Positions 27,730-41,899 are shown, counted from the stretch's first letter. The stretch is 64,000 nt of DNA from Octopus vulgaris (GCA_951406725.2 OX597814.1:14570001-14634000); one strand, 5' to 3'. Notes: generated from the sequence alone by a model not told the origin. Translations and numbers: made by a program.

Positions 27730-27890
27730 TTTTCATTGAAATCCGGTGATGTTGGGGCAGCGTCTAGGAAGTTTTAGTCGAGCAAATTGGCAACAGTGCT
27801 TATTTTTACGTCAGTTTGTCCTATCGGTTATGTCTGTTGAGCTGTAAAGTTACGGACTGTAAACAATCCAACACCGGTTGTCAAATAGTG
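27730..27890 (-). mobile_element. SINE family A 3' fragment
   Basis: TTTTAGTCGAGCAAAT...CCAACACCGGTTGTCAA. Confidence 0.6.
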
Positions 27891-28212
27891 TTAGAAAAAA
27901 CTAAAGCGTGCACACGCACACAAACACACACACACAATCACACGCATATGTACATATATTAGCAAAAACGTTATCGCATGGATAGCTAATGAGGCAAAAA
28001 GAATACACAGATTTATATATGTACACAGTGAGGTTGATGGATGTGTGGGCATGTGTTGGCGTGTATGTGTGTATACATATGCACACGAAACTGTACTCGA
28101 AGACGTGTACATGTAGGTATGGTTTTATGGATGTATACATGCAAAAGTATAGATACGTACGTATGAACGTAAGCCTGCTACAGTAAAAGTATGGGGCTAT
28201 CTATGTGCATGT

Positions 28213-28289
<77 letters not shown>

Positions 28290-28375
28290 TATATATTTAC
28301 TGATATACGTGTGCATGCGTGTGTGTGCGCGCGTATGTGTGAATATACCTGTGTGTACATATATATGAGTATGCA

Positions 28376-28417
<42 letters not shown>

Positions 28418-28459
28418 GATGGAGGGATGTGTGGGTGTGTGTGTGTGCAGTCAATTCAA

Positions 28460-28741
28460 ATGGTCCAAACAACCGAATAAAGAAAAACGAAATAAAAACA
28501 ACATGATGACGTGCACAAGAAATATATTAGCTTAACGCTCGATGAAAGGAGAGAGTTTGACGTTTCGAGCATAGCTCTTCGTCGAATAGGGAAAAAGGAA
28601 AAATCCAAAGATGGAAAAGAAATCGCCAATAGCAAATGTGTAGTTACATTGCATATAGGTAGATAGATAGATAGATAGATATTGGTGGTCTGTGTCTTTG
28701 TGGACGTGTGTGCGTATATATGTGTGTATGTAGGTAAATAC

Positions 28742-28773
<32 letters not shown>

Positions 28774-28779
28774 ATACAT

Positions 28780-28812
<33 letters not shown>

Positions 28813-29020
28813 CAAAATGTGACCGCGTGTGTACCGTTGGCGATTTTTTTTTCTCTGTCTTCCCTTCTCTGGATCTTTCCTTCTCCTATGCTTCCCACGA
28901 AGAGCTCCGCTCGAAACGTTAAACCTTCCTTCTTTCCTTCTTTCCTGAGCGTCCAATAATACTATATTTGTTCCACGTCCTCACGTTGTTGTGTTTCTTG
29001 TGCTTTCGTGTTTGGATTAA
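28460..29020. mobile_element. Inverted pair of Penelope-like repeats (28460-28650 minus, 28817-29020 plus) around a microsatellite
   Basis: ACGTTTCGAGCATAGCTCTTCGT vs ACGAAGAGCTCCGCTCGAAACGT; a further end fragment at 14190-14230. Confidence 0.7.
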
Positions 29021-29050
29021 CTATATATATATAGATATGTGTGTGTGTGT

Positions 29051-29093
<43 letters not shown>

Positions 29094-30061
29094 CATACGA
29101 GTGGGTCCGGCCATCTGTGACTGTTGGAAGAATCGACAAACCAGTGAGCTATATTTAAAGTACGCTCTGCACAGTCTCCCACACGATATCTACCTAAACC
29201 CTGCCCTAACTTTAAAGTAACTGGGATGACAATATTTTAAGGCACTTATCTTCCGATTTGGATGCCTACATCTTTGTGTGGATGAGTATGTGTGCGTACG
29301 TGTCTACACGCATCCCGACCCGTGTTAGCAAGTGTAGTAACTTTCCCTCGATTTAAACTTAATGCAATCTAATCCTTCAACAGGTCTCATCCTATCAATA
29401 TCGCTCTCTAATAGGATTAGACACAGGTCTAATCCTATCTATGTCCCTCTCCCATTTACTTTCCCTTGTAAGACTCTTCCTTTCTTTCTCTTTTTTTCTT
29501 GTCTGCAGTTTATACGTTTATATTTACAATTATTTGCAATTATTTGTTATGAATATTTAATATAAGGACAATTGTAGCAATACCTTGTTCCCTAACTGAA
29601 GCGGACAAATAACAACATGGCCGCCCAAACTCAAGATTCTTAGGGACCCAGACTGCAAAAATGATGCAACACAATATGATTCAGAGCATCCCACCCATAA
29701 GGGATAGTGGCAAGATGGGTCGAAACAATCGTAGCATACAATAATGAATGATACCAAATTCATCTGTTTCTTTAATCCATTATGCCATATATATATATAT
29801 ACCTAACATATACATGTGTGTGTGTTTGTGTGTGTGTGTGTATTTTTCTAAAACACATATGCACACACACATGCACACACACAGCCACACACATGCGCAC
29901 GACGTGTTTTAGTACTGGATGCAAGTTGAAGTTGACTTCGAATCAGTTCTCCCTCACACACACACAAACACACACACACACACACACACGCACGCACGCA
30001 CACACAAACACAAAAAATACATATAAAGGACGTATTTACATGCACAAAGTAACACAGGAAT

Positions 30062-30430
30062 ATGAATACTGAGGAAAGAATCGAACATATTACTGCTTTA
30101 AGAACAGCAATCAACTCGAGTTACAAGCTCGCGTTACAAGCACTGACTTGTGAATCGTGTTGTCAGAAATGTAATGTACCAGCAAATTTCATATTAGAAA
30201 CTTGCAACAAGTTCTTGTTCGTGTTTTGCGATATAGAATTAAAAGAAACATATTATATAACGTTAAACGCCTGTCATTGTGGTGAATTTCAATTTCCTCC
30301 TTATAGTTTACTTGCTATAGCAGAATCTTGCAAGAACGATCATACAGTAGAATGGGATTTCTTTACTAAAATCGAACCGCTATCAGGAAACATTACAAAT
30401 TTACTTGTAGTGTCTAGTAACAACCATTAA
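30062..30430 (+). CDS. Unidentified 122-aa Cys-rich ORF (possible viral/mobile-element relic)
   Basis: Non-repetitive ATG-initiated ORF with CESCCQKC and CHC motifs; no family recognised. Confidence 0.25.
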   Translation: MNTEERIEHITALRTAINSSYKLALQALTCESCCQKCNVPANFILETCNKFLFVFCDIELKETYYITLNACHCGEFQFPPYSLLAIAESCKNDHTVEWDFFTKIEPLSGNITNLLVVSSNNH

Positions 30431-30803
30431 TTATATGCAGAGAGGAATTTCCTTGTAGTACCTTCATAAAGCTATCCAACGAATTATATACAGAAGATTT
30501 CTAACACTTATGTTCATTGAACATTGATACATTAATTCCTTGAATTCTTATCAGATTGTTCACATATTAGAAATGTTGCGTGTGTAGACATTGACCACGT
30601 TAAAGTTTGAGCTTCCGCATATCTTATAAATCTGCATCGTTATGTTTACAAATATATGTTCAAAGAATTAATGTATCAATGATCAATGAACATAACGGTT
30701 AGAAATCTTCTGTATCTAATTCGTTGGGTAACATTATGAAGGTAGTACAAGGAAATTCCTCTCTGCATATAATTAATGGTTGTTACTAGACACTGCAAGT
30801 AAA
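30400..30803. repeat. Long inverted repeat (~145-bp arms 30400-30545 and 30657-30803)
   Basis: GTGTCTAGTAACAACCATTAATTATATGCAGAGAGGAATTTCCTTGTA has an exact reverse complement in the right arm. Confidence 0.92.
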
Positions 30804-31314
30804 GGTTAGAGCCTTTTTGCTGACTACAACTTAAACATGTTACTTAAAAGGGAAAGCGGGGATTGAGAGAATTCATTGAAGCAAGTAACACGCATTCCCC
30901 TGGACGGCTTAGCGATTCTCTGTTCCATTAAGTTAAGCAAGGTGAGAGGTGAGAGACAATCGATTGGAGGAAAATGCTACATGGCTCATGTAAACCTTGG
31001 ATAGCTCTACTTAAAGTATAATTCACTCATACATTTATTGCTTATCGGCCTGCAACATTTAGAATCTTCCACAGACCATTTATCAGGAAGGTCAATCTGA
31101 CTGCCTAAATCGCAATCGCCTGAACTTAATGGCTTTAGTAGTAACCGTTGCCCGAAGCTGGGATATATGAATGCAATGGTTCGAACTCAGCAGGAGTTTA
31201 ACTACACTCTACCTATTAGAAAAAAAAACGGTCAAATCTCGTTAAATCACAACGTGCCGTTTTACAAATTCGGCATATTGTCTAATGTGAAACTGGATAG
31301 CAAAAATGATCAAA

Positions 31315-31548
31315 GTTCCTTTCCCATAAAGCCGGTTTCCTGGATTCTGTAGCGTATATATTCCCCTCACCCCAAGACGAGACCCCGGTCCATGGCAAGA
31401 ATATTCATTTTTGACAGCTGAATAGATTAAAGCAACGTAAAATAGAGTATTTTGTTCCAGAACACATCACATCGCCCGATGCAAGAATCGAAGCCACAAG
31501 CTTAAGATCATGAGTCCAATACCTTAACCGCTGAGCCACGCGCCCCTA
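31315..31548 (-). mobile_element. Old tRNA-head + CORE SINE with a different 3' tail from family C
   Basis: Minus strand GGGCGCGTGGCTCAGCGGTTAAGG...TTCGATTC...TTTTACGTTGCT...CAGCTGTCAAAAATGA parallels the 5' half of 46282-46600; tail unrelated. Confidence 0.7.
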
Positions 31549-32194
31549 GAAAACTAAATACATATTACCTAAAAGGAAAATAAAAACCATTTCACGGTTT
31601 GAAGGCCTTTTGATCATGGGCTAAGTTGAACAGAACTGACCTAAGTCTGAATAATATTAACATGAACCAATTTCATTTCACGGGGCTTGTAATATGAAGT
31701 GAATATAAAATTTTGTTTTTAAATATCAGGTAGAATTATAATTTCAGTGATTGAGCAGTATTTTACACGTAAGAAAACCAGAAGATAAGACAGCATTGGA
31801 ATGTAAATGTTATAGAAAAGTCAAAAAAACACGTGTTCTTGTCTTATTTTGTTTCTATTTATAAACTATTGTAAGAAATAAGATTGCCGATATTAATAAT
31901 GGAGCTTAGCCAAATCATGCATTGTATATTCAGATCGTGATATTTCGGAGTTATGTCAGTAAACTTCATTCGATGGGTAAGCGAACATTTCTCTTTTTTC
32001 AAAGTAGTATGCAGAAAATATCATGGTATCTATATATTATAACATTTAGTTGAATCTTCTTGACGAAAACCAGTTGTAGTATGTAATCAGTGGTACATAT
32101 CTATCTATGGTATGTAATACCAACTGATGGGGGAGCCCCTCGTGAACACCAGACCTTCTTAACATAGCAGCCAATTTTATGTCAAATTACACCT

Positions 32195-32566
32195 AGGCGC
32201 AGGCGTGGTAAGAAGCTTGCTTCCCAACCACATGGTTCTGGGTTCAGTCCCACTGCGTGGTGTTTTGGGCAAGTGTCTTCTAATCTATATTCCGGCCGAC
32301 CAAAGCCTTGTGAGTGGATTTGATAGGCGGAAACCGAAAGAAGACCGTCGTGTATATGTGTGTGTGTGTCTTCGCTTCTGTATTTGTTTCCCCCAAACAC
32401 ACATCACAGCTTGATAACCAGTGTTGGTGTGTTTACTTCCTTGTAACTTAGGGGTTCGGCAAAAGAGAACGATAGAATAAATACCAGATCTAAAATACAC
32501 TTCAAGGCGCTGCTCCACTACGGCTGCAGTCAAATAGCTGAAACAAGTAAAAGAATGAAAGAATAA
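32195..32566 (+). mobile_element. SINE family A
   Basis: AGGCGCAGGCGTGGTAAG...GGTTCAGTCCCACTGC...TTGGGCAAGTGTCTT...GCAGTCAAATAGCTGAAACAAGTAAAAGAAT. Confidence 0.9.
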
Positions 32567-33442
32567 GCGTCTTCAAAACAAAGATGATATTCATGAATAA
32601 CTATACGAACCAACAGGCTGGTCAAGTCTAATATAGCGTTGGTCATAGCTCTATTTCGTAATGGCTTCACTGAGGCTGCAATAAAAGAAAAAAACCAAAT
32701 TCAAAACTGATACGATATGAAACAAACCCTCAAAAAGCACTGTTTACGTAACTCATTCTTTAATGAGTTTGTCAGAGTTGTATACTTTACAATGTCAACT
32801 GGATTACATACTTATAACTTAGCTCATATAAATGTTTTAAAAAAATAAATGTTTTAAAAAATGAATCATAAATTGAACTGAGAATACTGATTCTAGTTTT
32901 CCAATCGACTAAGTTTGAGGTTAATTGTCAAATTTAGAACCACTACTGGCCACATGAGAAACTTTTTCATGCTAGTAGCTGTTTAAAATAATGCACTATA
33001 AAACTTCTGAAATAGAACATTATATATCTTATTAAAATAGAAATGTAGAGATGCCAAAAGGAAAAAAATGCAAACACGATGTTTGTTGCCATAGATGTTA
33101 TTTAAGAAAAACATAAACAGTAACCATGCAGAGACACAAAAAAAAGGATTTAATGCACAAACACACACATACACTCACATACACACAAACACACTCACGT
33201 ACAAACAATCAAATGCAAACAAACACAAACACAAAAATAGAAACACAAAAAAAAAACATAAGAACACAAACACACAAACACAATAAAACACGCAAACACA
33301 CGCTCTGTCGAGCAAATAAGTACAGTATGTTGAAGTAACTCTATAAGGAGCTCGATATAATTTAGCAAAAGCACTTGAAGGCTTTAAACAAATACATCAA
33401 TCTCAGAACTTAGACACAAACATAAACGCATTGATAGGTGCA

Positions 33443-33507
33443 TGAATACAAAATAGGCATGTGCTAAAACACAGTCAGAGGTATACACACACATACACAC
33501 GCATATG

Positions 33508-33565
<58 letters not shown>

Positions 33566-33638
33566 GTCTCCGTGTGAATGAATACAAAATATGCATGTGC
33601 TAAAACTCAGTCAGAAGTATACACACACATACACACGC

Positions 33639-33680
<42 letters not shown>
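33443..33680. repeat. Local tandem duplication (~136-bp unit ending in (TA)n)
   Basis: GAATACAAAATA.GCATGTGCTAAAAC.CAGTCAGA.GTATACACACACATACACACGCATATG occurs twice. Confidence 0.85.
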
Positions 33681-33681
<1 letters not shown>

Positions 33682-33685
<4 letters not shown>

Positions 33686-33800
33686 GGTGAATTAATTATT
33701 CTATGTTTATCGTCAGCATGGAAGATTCGAAACATTTGTCGAGAGTAAAGTAATTTTATTAACATCTTCGTTCGACTCCATTCTTTCATTTATTCATATA
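33682..33800 (+). mobile_element. Deleted relative of the 60050-60400 hammerhead-bearing element
   Basis: First half matches 60052-60092 directly; second half is the reverse complement of 60198-60271. Confidence 0.75.
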
Positions 33801-34276
33801 TATATATATATATAGCAGCAAAATTTAGGAACGACCATAATAGGCCGTTCATCCCGCTAGAAATAGCAGCCAAGGCTTTAACCGCAAAAAAGGTATTAAT
33901 TCCGTAAACCAGGAGAAAATTAAAAAAACATTTACCCTGTAATACTTTATACAATGCATCGTTTCTTTTGTTTTTTAATGGTAAATCAGCTTGATTAAAT
34001 TAAATCAAGCTAATCTTCCATAGGCCAACAAATTCATCAGTAAAGTAAGTCAGAATGGGACCGATATTTTCACGAGGCAGCACCAACAACTGTCTCGGCA
34101 ATATCTGACCTAAAATTTTCAAATCATCGTACTCGCGCCAAATTTATTGGCAGCAAATATACGCTGCCGATTCCATTTCGGAATTAAACAGAAAATTCAT
34201 AATTTATCAATATAGTGTAGCAAAAAATTCAGTAGAAATACTGAATTGATAAATATATTGATATATATTTATATTG

Positions 34277-34345
<69 letters not shown>

Positions 34346-35137
34346 CTTCGTGTATATATATATATATATGTATAAATATATATATATATACGGATGATTT
34401 AGCGAATCGCTAATCTGTATACAAATAATCTATACAAATAATGTGCTTATATATATATGGTGTATACACAAACACACCAATCCTCACATACACGTATTTA
34501 TAACACATCTGCCTTAATATATGAAAGTACATGTGTTTATGTTCGAAGTTGGAAGCCATCGTTTTGCACCAAATGTTGCATAGACGTACATCTTATCACG
34601 GTGCCTTTTTTTTTTTTTTTCGTCACTCACTTGTTCAACCATTTAGAATCTCATTGTACGGCATTTAGAATGTCATTGCATATAAAACTTTTTTTTTCTG
34701 TAATTTGCCCTTTTTGGACCATAAGACGAAAGGATTCACCGAATTTGCACTCAAGCACTGATATTGGAAAAAAAAAAATTTTAACTCATTTGCTGCAATT
34801 ATGTAGATGAGTATGACATTATCAAAATAAGCATATAATTTCTGAAAAAAAAATTAAGAGATTGCATATTTTAGATATTTATATCTGCTTGCTCAATTTT
34901 TATTTAATTTTCTGACGTTTCGTTTGAACACTATTCTGAAAATTTTGATTGCAATATTATTGGGGAAGCGACATTCATGGGATAATTGATGATTACCATC
35001 AATATTATAAAATGTGTATCTAAAATATAGTGAATTTGTTAATTTATTATGTAATTATATTTATTTTAGTTATTAATAACCCTGAGCACTATTGGGTGCA
35101 GCTGCTAAACATATATGTATTATATATATATATACAT

Positions 35138-35185
<48 letters not shown>

Positions 35186-35186
<1 letters not shown>

Positions 35187-35372
35187 GGCGCAGGAGTTGC
35201 TTACCAATCACATGGTTCCGGGTTCAGTCCCACTGTGTGGCACCTTGGGCAAATGTCTTCTATTGCCTCGAACCGAACAAAGTCTTGTGAGTGAATTAGG
35301 CAGACGGAAAGTGAAAAAAGCCCGTCGTATATATATGTGTGTATGTGTGTGTGTGCCTGTGTTTGTTCTCCC
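35186..35372 (+). mobile_element. SINE family A 5' half
   Basis: AGGCGCAGGAG...CACATGGTTCCGGGTTCAGTCCCACTG...CCTTGGGCAAATGTCTT. Confidence 0.85.
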
Positions 35373-35385
35373 AATTAGGGTACAA

Positions 35386-35499
<114 letters not shown>

Positions 35500-37034
35500 G
35501 ATATACACAGGCTATTATTTATGCATTCATACACATTATATCTATACATAAGTATGTGCTTCTTGACGCACGCACGCAAACACATTTATAAATTAATGGA
35601 ATGCATACCCATAACCATACATATAACTGAAAAGCCATATATAAATTTGATGTCGTATACACGTATATAATCCTAGCCAAACTTATTAATAATGCATCTG
35701 CATATGCAGTATTAGTCCTACAGTTATACACACACACCAATACACTCTCATCGATATACAAGCATATATACACATTTAAGCACAAATATGTTTGTATGCA
35801 TACTTCTATGTGCACATCTATACACACACACCTATACATACATGCACACATGCATCTATATACATGTACCGCCTCAATCACTTAATATACCAAGTGCACG
35901 AAGGCAAACATCCAAGTATAGAGGCATAATCGCAGATGTATATAGGAATGTCCAACTAACATATTTATATGTGATGTTTATACGTGTACAAGGTAATAAA
36001 CCAAATAGTGATATGCCTTTTTTGTAACATATATGTAAAAAGTGAAATATGTATGATGAAATAAGATGCAACAGAATATTGAATAAATTTATATAAGCCT
36101 TGAAATAAATAACAGAACATTTCTTATAAAATATGCAGTTCAAAGCATTCAGATCATATATTAACGCTAGCATGCACATCATAAACAGGTGTACACATGT
36201 GATATATATAAATGATTTATAAACAAATAATTTATATTCTTGGATTGACTAATGCCTTTTCAATAAATTTGGTCGAGAGAAACTCTTTGTATTTCTCTAT
36301 ATATGTATGTGTGTGGGAGAGAGTGAGAGAGAGAGGGCGAATATGCGTATATGTGTGTATATAGGTGTGTATATATATATAAATGAGCTTTGTGTAAGTG
36401 TGTTTTCGTGCTAGTGTTTGCGACTTACCGGAGAAAACAAACAACCCAACAACTGAAACAACGATAGTCTCAAATTTTGACATAGTTTAGCGGGAGGAGG
36501 ACAGTCGAACATTTCTCAAACTCAACAAGCCTCAGAGGTAGCTGATTGAGTAAATATACCACAAAATCTATGCTTGCCTTCTTCGAAACAACAAATTTAG
36601 TTACAATATATGATCTTCTAAACTACTCGGTTCATTTGCAAATATAATACTACTACTACTAATGATGATGATGATGACGATGATGATGATGATTGTTGCA
36701 TGCCCCTTTGACCTATGAATAGTCAGGAAGGAAGACAAAAAGATAGATAGATACAACCCTCTTATGTACGAAATAGTTATACGAAATGAAGAAGGTGAAG
36801 ATAGCGCCAATTATTTTTGAGTTCTTGGGATCAGTATCAGAAGGCACCAAGAGGAATATAAAGGAAATCGGAATAGAACTGTTACAAAAGGTTTGCCTCC
36901 TTTGTACGGCCAGAATAACCTGGAAAGTATTAGATAGCTGAAAAGAACGAATAGCATGTTACCGTAGGCTGCAGGCAGTAAGCCTGCTACGCAAACTCCA
37001 AGAGCTCCAACGAAACTTGTGATAACAAGATCAT

Positions 37035-37058
37035 ACGAAGAAGAATAATAAGAACAAT

Positions 37059-37091
<33 letters not shown>

Positions 37092-37221
37092 AACAATGAT
37101 AATAATAATGATGTAATAATAATAAAGATGATGATGATGATGATGATGATGACGACGACAACGACGACGACGACGATGGTGTTGGTGGTGGTGGTGGTTG
37201 TGGTGGTGGTGGTGGTGGTGG

Positions 37222-37258
<37 letters not shown>

Positions 37259-37271
37259 AATGATGATGATG
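37035..37271. repeat. Compound trinucleotide microsatellite (CAA/TAA/GAT/GAC/GGT)n
   Basis: Source of poly-H/S/I/P ORFs. Confidence 0.92.
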
Positions 37272-37767
37272 CATCTAAAAACATTTATCATGCCAACCTG
37301 CACATAACATATAGGTGTCACCTCTGGCAAAAACAAAATGAAAGGTCACAATACGAAAAAATTATATTGGAAAACGTACATCTTGAGTAGCAGTAATAGG
37401 GGGGGGGTGGAATTTTCAATTAAGAGATAAAGTTTATCATGAAAGTGAAAAGTATTTATAACTTGCATTAAAAATAATAATGACTTATGGAAATAGAAAA
37501 ACAAAACTACAACCGAACACGTTATCAGAGTATAGGTGTGCTTCGTGTTCGTGGGTATTTGCATGTATCTTCATATCTTATCATTTTGTACTTTTCTATA
37601 TTTCGTATAAATATTTGAACCATCTTCTTTTACTTTGCTGCTGGAAATGCACGATTTTCCATTATTTTATAATTTTTCTGCACAAATTGTAATAATGCCT
37701 ATCACATTTGCGGAGCCATAGGCGCCGGGCATCAAAATTATTTACCATGTTTACTAAGCTATTTGGT

Positions 37768-37776
37768 AGATAGATG

Positions 37777-37852
<76 letters not shown>

Positions 37853-37865
37853 TATAGATAGAGAG

Positions 37866-37931
<66 letters not shown>

Positions 37932-38255
37932 ATTCAGCGATTTTTTTGAGAAAGGAAACTTTTTAGAAAGTCGAAAGACTAAACTTTGGAAAGACGTTTC
38001 ACAAAATGTGTGTATGCTTTGCTTTTATAAATGTGGAAGCGCTTTCAGCTCTTAACATTTTCAAGTACGTGTTATTGTATATAGTGGAAGTTGTTTTCAG
38101 TAAAATTGTTGTATACTATTTCCGGTATGTATGTATGTATGTATGTATGTATGTATGTATGTATGTATGTATGTATGTATGTATGTACGTATGTATGTAT
38201 GTATGTATGTATGTATGTATGTATGTATGTATGTATGTATGTACGTATGTATGTA
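37768..38255. repeat. (TAGA)n, (TG)n and (TATG)n microsatellites
   Basis: Simple repeats visible. Confidence 0.9.
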
Positions 38256-38340
38256 TACGTGTCTGTATGTATATATGCGTATGAGTGCATGTGTGTGTCT
38301 GCATATGTATACATTTATATCTTTAATTCATCTTTAATTT

Positions 38341-38738
38341 ATACAAGCAGTATCGCCCGGCGTTGCTCGGGTTTGTTTCGACCCTTTAGAATTGGAATTT
38401 TTGAAAAGTAAAAATTTTGCATTATGTAGCTTGTTATTCTCTTTAAGTGAATATTTTTCTGGTTGAAATACACCGAAAAATGGCGACACAGTAGTCAAAA
38501 AATTATAAAAAATAGGGATTTTGATAGAAAAAAAGCACTTTTTTATGTAAATAATTTTTGGTGTTAATATGGTCCGATTTGAAATTTTTCTTCGACGGAA
38601 GGAAGAGCAAGGCTTCTTCTATTATACTCTCAATTTTGGTCAACTTGCGCTGCGGAGTCTCGGAGGAGATAGTGTTAGTTGAAGGCTACCAAACCTGCCA
38701 TACACAGACAACTTCAGCTTTATATATAGAGAGAGATT
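38341..38738 (+). mobile_element. Non-autonomous Helitron/Helentron-like element (Lep1/HINE-like architecture)
   Basis: Starts ATACAAGCAGTATCGCCCGGCGTTGCTCGGG (subterminal hairpin), ends ACAGACAACTTCAGCTTTATATATAGAGAGAGAT, inserted in T-rich context; family call from recalled architecture. Confidence 0.55.
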
Positions 38739-38918
38739 TGTATTTTATTTTTAATTCGCTTCAGTACCATTACGTTATTCATTAAGACTCTTCCCTCGCA
38801 TACCATCTAATACCGTAGTCTATTTTTCCCCCATTGCTTTCCTCTTTACTCCATCTATTTCTCTTCATTATCTTTATTCCATCCTCTACTTCTTCCATTT
38901 TTCCTCTTCTTTCTATTT

Positions 38919-39120
38919 GGAAGAATCGTTAGGACACCGGGTAAATGCTTAGCGGTATTTCGTCCCTCTTTACATTCTAAATTCAAATGCTACCGAAGTC
39001 GACTTTGCTCTTCATCCTTCGAGGTCGATGAAATAAGTACCAGTTGCAGACCTGGATCGATGTAATCGACTAGTCCCCTCCCCCAAATTTTTAGGCCTTG
39101 TATCTATAATAGAAAAGATG
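38919..39120 (+). mobile_element. SINE family B
   Basis: AAATGCTTAGCGGTATTTCGTC...GTCGACTTTGCTCTTCATCCTTCGAGGTCGATGAAATAAGTACCAG. Confidence 0.85.
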
Positions 39121-39149
39121 ATTATCATTTTATTATTTACTTTTTGGCA

Positions 39150-39835
39150 CCTGATCATCATTTATATATATGTTCAAGGTTAAATACACGTAACTGAGAA
39201 ATCTCTATTGACTTCAAACCACACATTATCATTTACTTCCTTCTCATCTTCTCACCCTCACCCACCCATTCTCAGTTCTACATACCACCATAATTGCCCA
39301 TCTCCATTAACGTCCACTCAAATTCTTCACGCCTCCACCAACCGAACATTCATTCCCGCTCACGCCCTTCCGATAATTTATTCTAATTTATCATTATTAT
39401 CTTTATTCATTCTGGTGAGAAAGGAAGAGTATACGGCAGAGAGCAAGTCTAATAGCACTACTGTTTCCCGCGGGACTCCGATAAGTGCTGATGTCTCTTC
39501 AGAGACACCACCACTGGCTGCAACTGCCCATATCCTGCCTTTTTCAAAGTTTTTACCAGCAATAACAAGGTCATGCAGTTTGGGACAGATTTTGTCGAAG
39601 GTCGTGGTAAAGTCATGATATATCGCATTTACATTTGAACGACTGAGCATCCGGTCCGAATAATGTGACGGAAGCCATACTGCGTGTTTGTGAAGACGCC
39701 ATTTTCTACTAAAAAATGATCAGCTTCCTTCTGACAATGCGTTCCATGCCTTTGCTGACATGTGAGTTGGGAGATATAGGTCTGTAGTTTCTAGCATCGG
39801 CTCCTCTGCTTTCCTTGTGAATAAAGCATAAGATA
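39150..39835 (-). mobile_element. Decayed CR1/L2-group LINE reverse transcriptase fragment
   Basis: [50 protein letters not shown] (cf. YLDFAKAFDKV), GVPRETVV (cf. GVPQGTVL). Confidence 0.8.
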
Positions 39836-39949
39836 CCTAATGTATGTATATGCATATATGTATATATATACCTACACACAAGTTCACACACTATTTATAT
39901 GGGTGTGTGCGCGCGTGTGTATTTGTGCCTCTGTGTGTGTATGTGTGTA

Positions 39950-39964
39950 CATATGTGTAAACAG

Positions 39965-40016
<52 letters not shown>

Positions 40017-40123
40017 ATGTATGTATATATATATATAAATATATATATATACACACATATATATATATACTATATATATATATATATATTTGTATTTGTG
40101 TGTGTGTACATATGTAAACAGGA

Positions 40124-40214
<91 letters not shown>

Positions 40215-40230
40215 ATTTGTGTGTGTGTAG
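39950..40230. repeat. (TA)n tracts with a local duplication
   Basis: TGTAAACAGGAATATATA occurs twice. Confidence 0.85.
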
Positions 40231-40771
40231 CAATCGATATAACTGCGAATCATTGCACTGCTTTTAGTAGCTGAGGGTTACCTGCAGGGTTTATTATCTG
40301 GTTTAACGTCTCAGACGCCTGGTTAGCCAATAGCAAGTTTGTGTACTTCGACCTTATTGTAACTGTCATTCATTAGGTTTTTATTAGTTCTATAGTGAAG
40401 AAGGATCTCTGAAATAGTGTGAATTTCAAGTATTGCCCAACAGCTTACTTATTGAATTAAGACAAATGTCTCATGTCTACCTAGTACTGAATTTCCCATT
40501 CGTTGCTACTTAGAATGATATATGTGACTATGCGAGTGGATGGGCACGAGTGTGTGTGCGTCTTTGTGTGTTAAAAGTGATAGAAAGAGCACACACTGTC
40601 TGTACATATTCTGTAGCTATTCTTAATATTAATTTAAAATAACTTTTCCTCGTAAATGCGTATATATATAGAGCGCGAGACAGACAGAGACAGAGAGAGA
40701 CAGGGAGAAAATGGGAAGGAGAGATAGCTACCTCTCCTCTTATCTATGTAGCTGGCGAGCTTCCTACATAG

Positions 40772-41119
<348 letters not shown>

Positions 41120-41184
41120 GGGTAGAGGGAGAGGGAGAGTCACAAAGAGCCGAAGCGCATATAACGTAAGTGAATACATACATA

Positions 41185-41679
41185 CGTATCATACTCAAAT
41201 CCTCAGTGATAATGGACTGGACTGAATCGTAACTAACCTGCACATCCTCTGATAACTCTCGAATTCGACGATTTCCCCTCACAGCTTCACGCGCGTATGC
41301 AATATTTTTCTCAGTTCTGCTGGTCGCGGGTCTCCCAGAACGTTCGTCAATATCGACATTTTTTCAGCCATCTTGGAGACGTCTAATCTACTTGTGCACG
41401 TCTCATACACTCCTCTCCATACACTTTCTGCAACTTTTCGTAGGCCTCTGAACAAGTATATCCATGACACCTTCCTCTGTCATGGTCAATGCGACAATCA
41501 CACGGTACACACCTTAATTCCAAGCAGTGCTGTAAACAGCGGAAGTGAGCTAGAACGTTAAATACTAGTGCGCGTGCACAGCAGCCTTCAGGGTTAATCT
41601 TTGCGCAACGGCTTTACCCTGCGTGTTTTATCTTCGTTACTATGGCAACAGTCCGGATACTTATTGATCAAATCTCGTA
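41185..41679 (-). mobile_element. Mariner transposon 5' half with TIR (same family as 8763-9122)
   Basis: N-terminal region IDERSGRPATSRTEKNI...RGNRRIRELSEDVQVSYDSVQSIITEDLSM; TIR CAGTCCGGATACTTATTGATCA 41649-41670 ending CTCG|TA. Confidence 0.85.
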
Positions 41680-41899
41680 CACATATTCATGCATATGCTT
41701 AAAAATACGCCACCATGCATACACATGTATGCACACCTAAACACCAACATAGAAGTCAAAAACATATATATTCACATCATATGAGAGCAAGTAAAGTGGT
41801 TATCATAAATCATGCGGAAAGGTAATCAAAATAATATGAAAGACCTGTTGAAATATAATGCAGCGAGGATGACGCTTCTACGAAATTCTTGATAATAGA

